DNA of 64,000 nt from Candidatus Omnitrophota bacterium (GTDB lineage Bacteria; Omnitrophota; Omnitrophia; Omnitrophales; JACROU01), in NCBI GenBank assembly GCA_016214265.1, contig JACROU010000037.1, forward strand, positions 3,859 to 67,858. The letters are read 5' to 3'. Every line of letters begins with the position of its first letter. Positions within the stretch are counted from its first letter, which is position 1. Below, piece after piece: positions 53,012 through 61,982 of the stretch. The notes beneath the pieces were generated by a model. It was not told where the DNA came from. It was given only the letters and a program-made list of their open reading frames with translations, and did no database searches. A program made the position numbers and the translations under genes.

Positions 53012-53077
53012 TGTGATCACCGTCACAGTTTTTGATCTTCTTGAAATGTATGATAATAATGTGGATGTTAGTATCCA
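53012..53077 (+). promoter_or_regulatory. Crp/Fnr box, -10 element and possible Rrf2 operator of the nos operon
   Basis: TGTGA-TCACCG-TCACA at 53012-53027; TATGAT at 53049; TGGAT-N6-ATCCA at 53062-53077. Confidence 0.7.
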
Positions 53078-53121
53078 TAATTTGAACGTTTATTCGTTTC
53101 TGTCTGAAGGGAATCTGAATT

Positions 53122-53589
53122 ATGTTCCGCCTGTATTCAAAAGGCTGTGAGTACGTAATCCGCGCATTGGCGCTTGTGAATGCCTCAAAAGAGGGGCGGT
53201 GTTTTTCTGTTAAGGATATTTGCAGAAAGGCCCGGTTGCCGGAATGGTATACCCGGAAGGTTTTTCAATCGTTGGTTCGAAACGGTTATTTAGAGGCTTC
53301 GCGCGGCCCGGGGGGTGGTTACACGTTAAAAGTCCACCCCAGTAAAATTTCGCTGTTAAATATGATCCGCGCAGTTGATGGTAAGGATGTTTTAGATCAA
53401 TGCATGATGAGTTCGGGAAAATGCAAGAACAAGAAATCCTGTGTGATGCATAACAAGTGGATTAGGATAAAAGAAAGTGTGGTTCGGGAATTAAAGTCGG
53501 TTACGGTTCAAGATCTAATGGATTTAACTTCTGGCAGAAGCAAACATGTTTCAACATTAAAAAGGAGGCATGAATCAAATGGGCATTAA
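53122..53589 (+). CDS. Rrf2-family regulator
   Basis: YSKGCEYVIRAL, SRGPGGGY and C-terminal C-x6-C-x5-C..H. Confidence 0.92.
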   Translation: MFRLYSKGCEYVIRALALVNASKEGRCFSVKDICRKARLPEWYTRKVFQSLVRNGYLEASRGPGGGYTLKVHPSKISLLNMIRAVDGKDVLDQCMMSSGKCKNKKSCVMHNKWIRIKESVVRELKSVTVQDLMDLTSGRSKHVSTLKRRHESNGH

Positions 53590-55597
53590 AAACTGGAAAT
53601 GGTTTGCCGTGCTGGTCGCGGTGATTTTTGCGGGAGGTTTGTTTTTTCTCGGCAAGCCCGCAATGAAGGAGGTCAGCGCCGTGCAGGCGCCTGGACTCCC
53701 TGCGGACTCCATGCAGGTTATCCAAAAGAGAGGATTGAGCCCAGATGATGTTTTTGGCGCTCTGTCAACGTATGTGCCAACCGGGAAATATGATGAATAT
53801 TATATGTTTGCGTCGGGTGGGCATGGCGGACAAGTTTTGGTGATAGGCCTTCCTTCGATGAGACTGCTTCGAGTGATTGCCGTGTTTGAGCCGGAGTCAT
53901 GGCAGGGATACGGATTTGGCGTGAAAGAAAATCCGCTGGTCAATAAAACAGAAACTATTCCGGGACAGAAACCCAAAGATCTGTCTTGGGCGGATACGCA
54001 TCATCCCGGCCTCAGTGAAACAGACGGAAAATATGACGGCCAGTTTTTGTTTATCGGGGATAAAGCAAATGGCCGTTTAGCGGTAATTGATTTACGGGAT
54101 TTTGAAACGAAGCAGATTGTGGATAATCCCGTAGTCAATAACGATCACGGAGCCGCGTTTGTCACGCCAAACACGGAATATGTGGTGGAGTCGACGCAAT
54201 TTTCAGTTCCGCTCGGAGGCAAATACGCGCCGATTTCAGATTATCAAAAAGAATATCGCGGATTGGCTACGTTCTGGAAATTCGACCGGGCCAAAGGCCG
54301 TATTGATGGGGAAAAATCATTCGCGCTTGAATTGCCTCCGTACTGGCAGGATTTAGCCGATGCGGGAAAAGGGCCCAGCGACGGGTTTGTGTTCATCAAC
54401 TCGTTTAATACAGAAATGGCGACAGGGGGCATTGAGGAAGGAAATCCTCCGTTTGAGGCCGGCGTGTCTCAGCGGGATATGGATTATCTGCACGTGATTA
54501 ATTGGAAGAAAGCGGAAGAAGTAGTGCAGCAGGGCAAGTTCAAAGTCGTGAACGGGATGAAAGTGATTCCGCTCGATGTTTCCGCTGCGGAAGGGCTTCT
54601 TTATTTTATTCCCGAGCCGAAGAGTCCGCACGGAGTCGACATCACACCGAGCGGGAAGCATATCGTGATTGGCGGCAAGTTGGATCCGCACGTGACGATT
54701 TACGCCATCGATTTGATCCAGCAGGCGATTGAGAAAAAAGATTATGAGGGCACGGATCCGTACGGCATTCCGATTCTGAGATTCGATGCCGTGAAAAAAG
54801 CGCAGGTCGAATTGGGGTTGGGACCGCTACACACGCAGTTTGACAATCACGGTTACGCGTACACCAGCTTGTTTCTGGAAAGCGCCGTTGCCCGATGGAC
54901 GTTGGGCGACGATAAGTTTCAAGCCCCGGAAAAACCCTGGACGTTGGTGAGCAAAATCCCCGTTTCGTACAACGTGGGGCATATCGCTGTGGCTCAGGGC
55001 GACACAGTGGAGCCGGACGGGAATTATTTGGTCGCGCTCAACAAATGGTCGGTGGACCGGTTTCCCAACATCGGACCGCTTTTGCCGCAGAATCTTCAGC
55101 TGATCGACATCGCGCAAACCGGAGATCACATGAAGCTTCTGTACGATATGCCGATCGGGATGGCGGAGCCGCATTACGCTCAAATTGTCAGGGCCGACAA
55201 AATCAAAGCCTGGGAAGTGTATCCGGAAGTTGGGTGGAACGCGGAGACGCAATCGAAGAGTAATACCGCGGCTACTGAAAGCAAGGTCGTGCGGAGTGGC
55301 AACAATGTGGAAATTTTTATGACCGCTTTGCGCAGTCACTTTGATCCGGAACATATTAAGGTCAAACAGGGCGATCACGTGACGCTTCACATCACCAACA
55401 TGGAAAGAACCCGCGACGCCACCCACGGTTTCAACATTTCGAATTATAACATTGCGGCCAGTATGGAACCGGGTGAGACTGTGGATATTGATTTTATCGC
55501 CGATAAACCGGGCGTGTTTCCGTATTACTGCCTGGAGTTTTGTTCTGCGCTGCATCTGGAAATGATGGGTTATCTGATGGTAGAACCTGCGGAATAG
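53570..55597 (+). CDS. nosZ: Sec-dependent (clade II) nitrous oxide reductase; start may be 53579
   Basis: CuZ His motifs DTHHP, NDHG, SPHG, PLHT and EPH; CuA motifs THGF and CLEFCSALHLEM; no Tat twin-arginine signal. Confidence 0.96.
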   Translation: MNQMGIKNWKWFAVLVAVIFAGGLFFLGKPAMKEVSAVQAPGLPADSMQVIQKRGLSPDDVFGALSTYVPTGKYDEYYMFASGGHGGQVLVIGLPSMRLLRVIAVFEPESWQGYGFGVKENPLVNKTETIPGQKPKDLSWADTHHPGLSETDGKYDGQFLFIGDKANGRLAVIDLRDFETKQIVDNPVVNNDHGAAFVTPNTEYVVESTQFSVPLGGKYAPISDYQKEYRGLATFWKFDRAKGRIDGEKSFALELPPYWQDLADAGKGPSDGFVFINSFNTEMATGGIEEGNPPFEAGVSQRDMDYLHVINWKKAEEVVQQGKFKVVNGMKVIPLDVSAAEGLLYFIPEPKSPHGVDITPSGKHIVIGGKLDPHVTIYAIDLIQQAIEKKDYEGTDPYGIPILRFDAVKKAQVELGLGPLHTQFDNHGYAYTSLFLESAVARWTLGDDKFQAPEKPWTLVSKIPVSYNVGHIAVAQGDTVEPDGNYLVALNKWSVDRFPNIGPLLPQNLQLIDIAQTGDHMKLLYDMPIGMAEPHYAQIVRADKIKAWEVYPEVGWNAETQSKSNTAATESKVVRSGNNVEIFMTALRSHFDPEHIKVKQGDHVTLHITNMERTRDATHGFNISNYNIAASMEPGETVDIDFIADKPGVFPYYCLEFCSALHLEMMGYLMVEPAE

Positions 55598-55604
55598 TTT
55601 ATGT

Positions 55605-55639
55605 CAGGACCAGGTCTTGAAAATCAAGACCTGGTCCTG
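55605..55639. repeat. Perfect 16-bp-stem hairpin right after nosZ
   Basis: CAGGACCAGGTCTTGA-AAA-TCAAGACCTGGTCCTG. Confidence 0.8.
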
Positions 55640-55654
55640 GATTGGGAATCGTTC

Positions 55655-58363
55655 ATGGAAAAAAAGACGGGAGTAAGGGCGCCTCGCGAGGCGCCCCTAC
55701 TGACGAGCCTATTGCTTGTGGCGGGAATTATTTTACTGCTTTTTTCTCTCGTTTTTCCTTACTGGAAAATTCACGTCATCGCTCCGCAGTACCCGAAGGG
55801 ATTAAACATTTCGATATTTGTCAATCATCTTGAAGGCGATGTTCAAGAAATTGACATGTTGAATCACTATATTGGAATGAAAATGCTGGGCAAAGCCGCT
55901 CAGATTGAGCGCAGCGTTGCGATTGCGGGTATTTCAACCATCACACTTTCGCTTCTTGTCGCACTTTTTTTGCGGCGCCGATGGTCGATTTTGTTTATTC
56001 TTCCGGCTATTTTCTTTCCCTCCATTTTCGCGCTAGACCTTTTTCTCTGGTTAAGAGATTACGGGCTTCACCTGGATCCGCATGCTCCGTTAAGTTCTTC
56101 CATCAAACCTTTTGTCCCGACGCTTTTCGGGAAAGGGATTATCGGTCAGTTTAAATCCATTTCATCGTTTGAAATCGGATTTTATTTCAGTGTTCTTGCG
56201 GCATTGTTAGCTTCCGTCGCTTCGATTCTGCGTTTCGGCGGCGGGAAAAAAATAGCGCATCAAATAATTCCCCTCGCTATCGGCCTTTCAGTCCTTTTCG
56301 GATCTTCTTCGGCCATCGCTAAAACAATTGATGTGATGACCGAATGTCCGGTGATGGATATTCAGCATGCTCTTGCCATTGCCGAACCCGGGGACACGAT
56401 TCGAGTTCACGGCGGCCGGGTGTATCACGGCCCGTGGGTGATTGATAAATCGGTAAAACTTGTCGGAGAAAATTTCCCCGTGATTGACGGCGGGGGAAAA
56501 GGAACCGTGGTGGATCTCCGGGCGCCTAACATTGAGATGCGGGGATTCGAGATTCGCGGGAGCGGCAATTCCCTCGTGGGCGAGGACACGGGAATTGTGG
56601 CGGAGGCGCCCGGCATTTTATTGGAAGACAATCGCCTGGATGACGTTCTTTTCGGGATTTCTCTGAAGCGCGCGCCGAAGTCGACCCTACGCGGCAATAC
56701 ACTTCACGGCAAAAGTCTTCCCGAGGCCCGCCGCGGCGATTTGATTCGCGTTTGGTACAGCGATGATGTGGTGCTGGACGGTAATCACACGACGGAAGGC
56801 CGCGACGCCGTGATCTGGTTTTCAAAACACGTGCTCCTTGAAAATAATATTTTTGAAGGCGGTCGTTACGGCCTGCATTACATGTATTGCGATGATTCCA
56901 CGGTGAAAAATAATATGTTCACCGGAAATTCCGTGGGTGTTTATATGATGTACAGTGAGCGCATTCAAATTCTTGGGAACCGGATTCTGAATAATCGCGG
57001 GCCCAGCGGATTTGGAATCGGCTTGAAAGATATGAGCAATGCTAAAGTTGAAAATAACATCATCGCGAATAACCGGGTGGGGATGTTCTTTGACGGGGCA
57101 ACGGGGGATTACCAACGAAATCTGATCGCGTTTAATGATATCGGCATTACCTTGCTTTCATCCTCTCAGCGCAATCATTTTAAGGAAAATAGTTTTGTCG
57201 AAAACGCCGAACAGGTGATTATCGAAGGCATGGGATCCACGATGTTGAATGACTGGAACGGGAATTTCTGGAGTGATTATCGCGGTGTGGATGCGAATCA
57301 AGACGGAGCGGGTGACAGACCGTATCAATCGAGAAAGCTATTCGAAAGACTGGTGGACCGGTATCCCGTTCTCAAACTTTTTTCGGCCAGTCCGTCCACG
57401 CAGGCGATTGATTTTGCCTCATCCACGTTTCCCGTTTTTGCGCCTCAGTCCCGGTTCCAGGATGCTGCCCCGCTTACGAATCCGGTTTTGCCCGAGGTGC
57501 GTGTTGAAACCGGGAAGCGATCATGGCCGTTTGTGATGATTTCGGGGATGTTGTTTTTGCCCATTTTGGGGCTTACAATCAGGAATCGATCGGACCTAAA
57601 ACACGGACTACCAATGCCATCAACCTCGACATCTTCAACTTTAGAATCCAACATCGCGATTCAAGTTTCCGAACTCACAAAAAATTTCGGAAAAGTCCAC
57701 GCGCTGAAACAAGTCAGCTTTCAGGTGAAACAGGGAGAAACGCTGGTGTTGTGGGGGCCGAACGGGGCCGGCAAGACGACGGTGCTTCGCTCGCTGCTCG
57801 GCATTATTCCATTTGAGGGCCAATTGAATGTTTGGGGGCTTGATGTGCGCTCGGCCGGAAAAGCCGTGCGGCGCGAGATCGGTTACGTGCCGCAGGAAAT
57901 CCGGTTTTACAACGATCAAACGGTTTGGGAGACGATTTGTTTTTTTGGACGGCTTCGCCGGGTCAGCAAAGAACGGGCGAAGCAGCTTCTCAAGGAATGG
58001 GATTTGGAAGCCTCCGTTCAAAAAAAAGTGAACGCGCTTTCGGGCGGGATGAAACAGCGGCTGGCTTTGGTGGTTTCTCTGTTGTCGGATCCGCCGATTA
58101 TTTTTCTGGATGAAGCCACCAGTCATTTGGATGTTCAGTCCCGCCGTGAATTTATCGCCCTGCTCGAGCGTCTTAAAAAAATGGGGAAGACTCTGATGTT
58201 GTGTTCACACCGTTCCAGCGAAGTGTGGAAATTGGCCGACCGGGTGCTCGTTCTGGATCAGGGGCTTAAAGTGATCGAGGGTTCGCCGGAAGAAGTGGTG
58301 CTTCATTTGGGCAAGGGAGCCTCCAATTGGTCCGCCGGCGGACCAATTGAGAGGGGCGATTGA
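55655..58363 (+). CDS. nosD: Fusion of clade II NosB-like membrane protein, NosD and NosF ABC ATPase
   Basis: APQYPKGL..LNHYIGM; NosD beta-helix with RYGLHYMY and GNFWSDY; TM; Walker A GPNGAGKTT, LSGGMKQR and FLDE. Confidence 0.88.
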   Translation: MEKKTGVRAPREAPLLTSLLLVAGIILLLFSLVFPYWKIHVIAPQYPKGLNISIFVNHLEGDVQEIDMLNHYIGMKMLGKAAQIERSVAIAGISTITLSLLVALFLRRRWSILFILPAIFFPSIFALDLFLWLRDYGLHLDPHAPLSSSIKPFVPTLFGKGIIGQFKSISSFEIGFYFSVLAALLASVASILRFGGGKKIAHQIIPLAIGLSVLFGSSSAIAKTIDVMTECPVMDIQHALAIAEPGDTIRVHGGRVYHGPWVIDKSVKLVGENFPVIDGGGKGTVVDLRAPNIEMRGFEIRGSGNSLVGEDTGIVAEAPGILLEDNRLDDVLFGISLKRAPKSTLRGNTLHGKSLPEARRGDLIRVWYSDDVVLDGNHTTEGRDAVIWFSKHVLLENNIFEGGRYGLHYMYCDDSTVKNNMFTGNSVGVYMMYSERIQILGNRILNNRGPSGFGIGLKDMSNAKVENNIIANNRVGMFFDGATGDYQRNLIAFNDIGITLLSSSQRNHFKENSFVENAEQVIIEGMGSTMLNDWNGNFWSDYRGVDANQDGAGDRPYQSRKLFERLVDRYPVLKLFSASPSTQAIDFASSTFPVFAPQSRFQDAAPLTNPVLPEVRVETGKRSWPFVMISGMLFLPILGLTIRNRSDLKHGLPMPSTSTSSTLESNIAIQVSELTKNFGKVHALKQVSFQVKQGETLVLWGPNGAGKTTVLRSLLGIIPFEGQLNVWGLDVRSAGKAVRREIGYVPQEIRFYNDQTVWETICFFGRLRRVSKERAKQLLKEWDLEASVQKKVNALSGGMKQRLALVVSLLSDPPIIFLDEATSHLDVQSRREFIALLERLKKMGKTLMLCSHRSSEVWKLADRVLVLDQGLKVIEGSPEEVVLHLGKGASNWSAGGPIERGD

Positions 58364-59193
58364 TGGATCTTGTGAATGTCGGAATTATTTTGAGGAAGGA
58401 AATCGAGGATGCCCGGCGCAATCGCTGGTTTATTCTGCTTTCCGTTATTTTTTCAGGCCTGACTCTGACACTTTGTCTGTTTGGCTATTCCGGACTCGGC
58501 AATTTCGGTGTGGCGGGGTTCGGAAGAACGGCCGCGAGCATTCTCAATCTGGTGCTCTTGATTGTGCCGCTGATGGGACTCGTGCTCGGCGCGGTGAGCA
58601 TTTCCGGGGAGCGGGAGCACGGAACCTTGCTGATGCTCCTGGCGCAGCCCGTGACATCGTCGGAAATTCTCGTGGGAAAATATTTGGGTGTCGCGATCGC
58701 GGTGAGCGGCTCGCTTTTACTCGGTTTCGGATTAAGCGGCATGGTGATCGGATGGTACGGCGGCGCGGCTAATGTCGCCGGATATTTGATTTTGGTGGGA
58801 TTCACGTTGCTGCTTGGACTGGTGACGCTCGGACTCGGATTTTGTTTATCGGTATTTAATCACAAAAGCGCGACTGCTATCGGAGGCGCCATTTTCGTGT
58901 GGTTTTTGCTTTTGTTCATCAGTGATTTGGGCATGATGGGAACGGCGATGGTGCTGAAATTGGCTCCGCGAGTCCTGCTGTGGTTTACTTTTCTTAATCC
59001 TGTTCAGGTATTCCGATTGGCGGTGATCAATCTTCTGCACGGTGATTTGGAAAGCTTGGGCGGAGTCGGAACTTATGCGATGGAGGTTTTCGGCAGCGGA
59101 GCAACCTGGTTCTTTGCCGGTTTCTTATTTTTATGGGTTGTTGTACCATTGGTGTTATCATTGGTTGTTTTCAAAAGGAAATGTGTTTTATGA
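58360..59193 (+). CDS. nosY: ABC permease NosY
   Basis: KEI.DARRNRW, GEREHGTL..LLAQP and LNPVQVFR; located in the nos cluster. Confidence 0.9.
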   Translation: MMDLVNVGIILRKEIEDARRNRWFILLSVIFSGLTLTLCLFGYSGLGNFGVAGFGRTAASILNLVLLIVPLMGLVLGAVSISGEREHGTLLMLLAQPVTSSEILVGKYLGVAIAVSGSLLLGFGLSGMVIGWYGGAANVAGYLILVGFTLLLGLVTLGLGFCLSVFNHKSATAIGGAIFVWFLLLFISDLGMMGTAMVLKLAPRVLLWFTFLNPVQVFRLAVINLLHGDLESLGGVGTYAMEVFGSGATWFFAGFLFLWVVVPLVLSLVVFKRKCVL

Positions 59194-59642
59194 CGCGAAT
59201 TTTTATCGCCGGACTTCTTTTTTTGCTGATCGGATGCGGGAATAACGCCTTGAATCTTGAGCCGCATATCCGCTACGGCAATGACACGTGCAGTGATTGC
59301 CGCATGATTATCAATGAAGAGCCGTTTGCCGCCGCCATTATTGTTTCGCCTGAGCTTACGGTGAAATTCGACAGCATCAGTTGTTTGCTTCGTTACCATC
59401 AGGAAAACCCGTCCGTCGGTGGAACTATGTGGGTTCACGATTTTGATACGCGGCAGTGGGTGAATGCGCGCTCGGCGTTTTTTGTGCAGAGTAAAGATAT
59501 TTTGACGCCGATGGGCGACGGCTTGCTGGCGTTTTCAAGCCGGGATTCTGCTCAGGCCTGGGTTAACAAGACAAAGGGAACCTTTTACGAATTCTCAGAA
59601 CTTTCCAAAATACAAATCTCAAAGGGAGGCGTTGTTTCATGA
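59190..59642 (+). CDS. nosL: Copper chaperone lipoprotein NosL
   Basis: Lipobox LIGC; CSDCRMII, FDSISC and TPMG. Confidence 0.9.
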   Translation: MTRIFIAGLLFLLIGCGNNALNLEPHIRYGNDTCSDCRMIINEEPFAAAIIVSPELTVKFDSISCLLRYHQENPSVGGTMWVHDFDTRQWVNARSAFFVQSKDILTPMGDGLLAFSSRDSAQAWVNKTKGTFYEFSELSKIQISKGGVVS

Positions 59643-60355
59643 TTAAGAAAATGTTCTTCGGCTTAATGTTGGCGGGAATCGTTTTTAGTTTCCTTTCATC
59701 TGCGATGGCGGACGGCGGGGGGACTATTACGGGAAAAGTTGTTTACAAAGGCGAGGCCATTACACCTCAACCGATCAATTTTGGTCCCGAGAAGGCATGT
59801 GCGGCATCACATAAGGACAAAATGCCGGTAAATGAAGATATTGTAATTAACCCAGACAATACTGTAAAATGGGCCTTTGTACGCATCAAGGAAGATGTCC
59901 CTGGTGATTATCCCGCCCCTACGGATCCTGTCATCATTGAGCAAAACGGATGTATTTTTACTCCACACGGCGCTGCTGTTCGCGTTGGACAGCCAGTGGA
60001 ATTTCATAATAATGATGAGGTGCTGCACAACGTACGCGGAGCGTCAAAAGAGGGGCAGGCTTTTAATGTGGCTCAGCCACTCAAGGGGATGAAGACCAAA
60101 AAGACATTCGCGAAGCCGGAAATGGGGATGCAGCTGAAATGCGATGTTCATTTCTGGATGGCGGCCTATCTTCACGTTATGGCGAATCCGTTTTATGCCA
60201 TCACGGGTGACGACGGCTCTTTTACGATCAAAGATCTTCCGCCGGGCGATTACACGCTGGAGCTTTGGCACGAAAAATTGGGAATACTTACGAAACCTGT
60301 CAGCGTCAAAGCGGGCGAAACGCAAACAGTAGATTTTGAGCTCGAGAAAAAATAA
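59639..60355 (+). CDS. Periplasmic protein with cupredoxin-like core and carboxypeptidase-regulatory-like domain
   Basis: Signal peptide; Q.GC.F.PH, LHNV, KCDVHFWM and WHEKLG. Confidence 0.75.
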   Translation: MIKKMFFGLMLAGIVFSFLSSAMADGGGTITGKVVYKGEAITPQPINFGPEKACAASHKDKMPVNEDIVINPDNTVKWAFVRIKEDVPGDYPAPTDPVIIEQNGCIFTPHGAAVRVGQPVEFHNNDEVLHNVRGASKEGQAFNVAQPLKGMKTKKTFAKPEMGMQLKCDVHFWMAAYLHVMANPFYAITGDDGSFTIKDLPPGDYTLELWHEKLGILTKPVSVKAGETQTVDFELEKK

Positions 60356-60363
60356 TAAACTTA

Positions 60364-61947
60364 ATGAGAAAACTTCTTTTAACCTCTGTTTGTCGTCCTT
60401 TGGGTGAGGATTTCGGCGATTCGAAATCTGTCGGATACGAACTTCTTCACGGTCAGGTGACGAGGGCGCAGGGCATTTTCAGCCTACGCACCGTGATTCA
60501 TCATTTCTCTCTGGAATATATCGCGCACAATCTCGACACGCCCACGACTGTCCTTCAATATCCTTCCGAAAAGGAATTTATTCGCGAATTAAAACACGGT
60601 TATGACTACGTCGGCATTTCCTTCGTGCTGGCCACGCTGCATCACATGCAGAGAATGTCGGCCTTGATCCGCAAATACTCACCCAAAAGCAAAATTATTT
60701 TGGGCGGATACGGCACCGTGCTGACGGATGAAGAGCTGAATCCTTACGGAGATTTTATCTGCCGTGAGGAAGGTATCGGATACCTCCGAAGGTTGTTGGG
60801 CGAACCGGAAAAGAAAATGCCGTATGATCACCCGGTCATCACGAATCGCCTCAAAATTTTCTCGGTGCCTTTCGGCGAGAACGGAATGATTTTCGCGGGA
60901 CTGGGATGTCCGAACGGCTGTGACTTCTGCTGTACCTCGCACTTTTTCAAGCGTCAGCACATCCGGCTGTTACCCACCGGCGATGATATTTTCTATACCA
61001 TAAAGAAATATTTGAACCAAAATCCGAAAATGAATTTCACCGTCCTCGACGAAGACTTTTTGCTGAATCAGGCACGCTCGCGGCGTTTTCTGGAATTGGT
61101 GCGCCAGGAGGGGATCACGCCGTCGATGTTCGTATTCTCCAGCATCAAAGCACTGTCGCAGTACGACGTGAAAGAACTGGTTGAGATGGGCATTACGGGG
61201 CTTTGGATCGGCTACGAGGGTAAGCATTCCAACTTTGAGAAACAGAAGGGTCGGAATCCGCAGGAATTGTTCAAAGATCTCCGTGATCACGGCATCGTCA
61301 TTCTGGCTTCGATGGTGATCGGGTTTGATTATCAGTCTCCGGAAATTATCAGCTCTGAGCTGGAAGAATTGTTGAGCCTTCATCCGACATTTACGCAGAC
61401 GCTGATTTACGGTCCGACTCCCGGCACGCCGTTTTATGATCGGATTGTGAAGGAAAAACGATTGGTGAGTGCCCTGGCTCAGGACCGCGCGTTGTACTAC
61501 AAACGCTGCACAGGATTTTATGGCATGATCCAGCATCCCAAATTGTCCCCGGAAGATCTTCAGCAAATTCAGGCGCGTTGTTTCCGGACCGATTTTGAAA
61601 AATTAGGCCCCTCGATTTTGCGCTCGATCGAAAATTGGTTTTTGGGATATCAAAAATTATATCAGGAAAAAAGCGAAGCGCTCCGCCGCCGCGCGGAAAG
61701 TTATCGGAAAGATATTCTGGACGCTGTTCCCATTTTTCTCTCGATTCGATTGCTGGGTCCGACGAAAGCAGTTCGCGCGAAAGCCAAAGAGCTTTATCGC
61801 CAGATCAACAAACATTTCGGCCGGCCTTCGTTGAAAGTTCACGTTTTGTCGTGGGGCGCGCTGGTCATGGCCTTCTGGACCGATCTGTGCCTCCGCTTCA
61901 AATGGTTTCAACACCCATCCCTAGTCCGCATTTCTTATCGAAGATAA
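60364..61947 (+). CDS. Cobalamin-binding-domain radical SAM protein
   Basis: N-terminal B12-binding-like domain (IILGGYG); GCPNGCDFC and DEDF. Confidence 0.85.
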   Translation: MRKLLLTSVCRPLGEDFGDSKSVGYELLHGQVTRAQGIFSLRTVIHHFSLEYIAHNLDTPTTVLQYPSEKEFIRELKHGYDYVGISFVLATLHHMQRMSALIRKYSPKSKIILGGYGTVLTDEELNPYGDFICREEGIGYLRRLLGEPEKKMPYDHPVITNRLKIFSVPFGENGMIFAGLGCPNGCDFCCTSHFFKRQHIRLLPTGDDIFYTIKKYLNQNPKMNFTVLDEDFLLNQARSRRFLELVRQEGITPSMFVFSSIKALSQYDVKELVEMGITGLWIGYEGKHSNFEKQKGRNPQELFKDLRDHGIVILASMVIGFDYQSPEIISSELEELLSLHPTFTQTLIYGPTPGTPFYDRIVKEKRLVSALAQDRALYYKRCTGFYGMIQHPKLSPEDLQQIQARCFRTDFEKLGPSILRSIENWFLGYQKLYQEKSEALRRRAESYRKDILDAVPIFLSIRLLGPTKAVRAKAKELYRQINKHFGRPSLKVHVLSWGALVMAFWTDLCLRFKWFQHPSLVRISYRR

Positions 61948-61950
61948 CTA

Positions 61951-61965
61951 AGGTTCCTGGAACCT
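61951..61965. repeat. Single AGGTTCCTGGAACCT unit
   Basis: Identical to the unit in the 41654-41687 palindrome; between convergent genes. Confidence 0.7.
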
Positions 61966-61982
61966 AAGTGCCACGTTGGATT

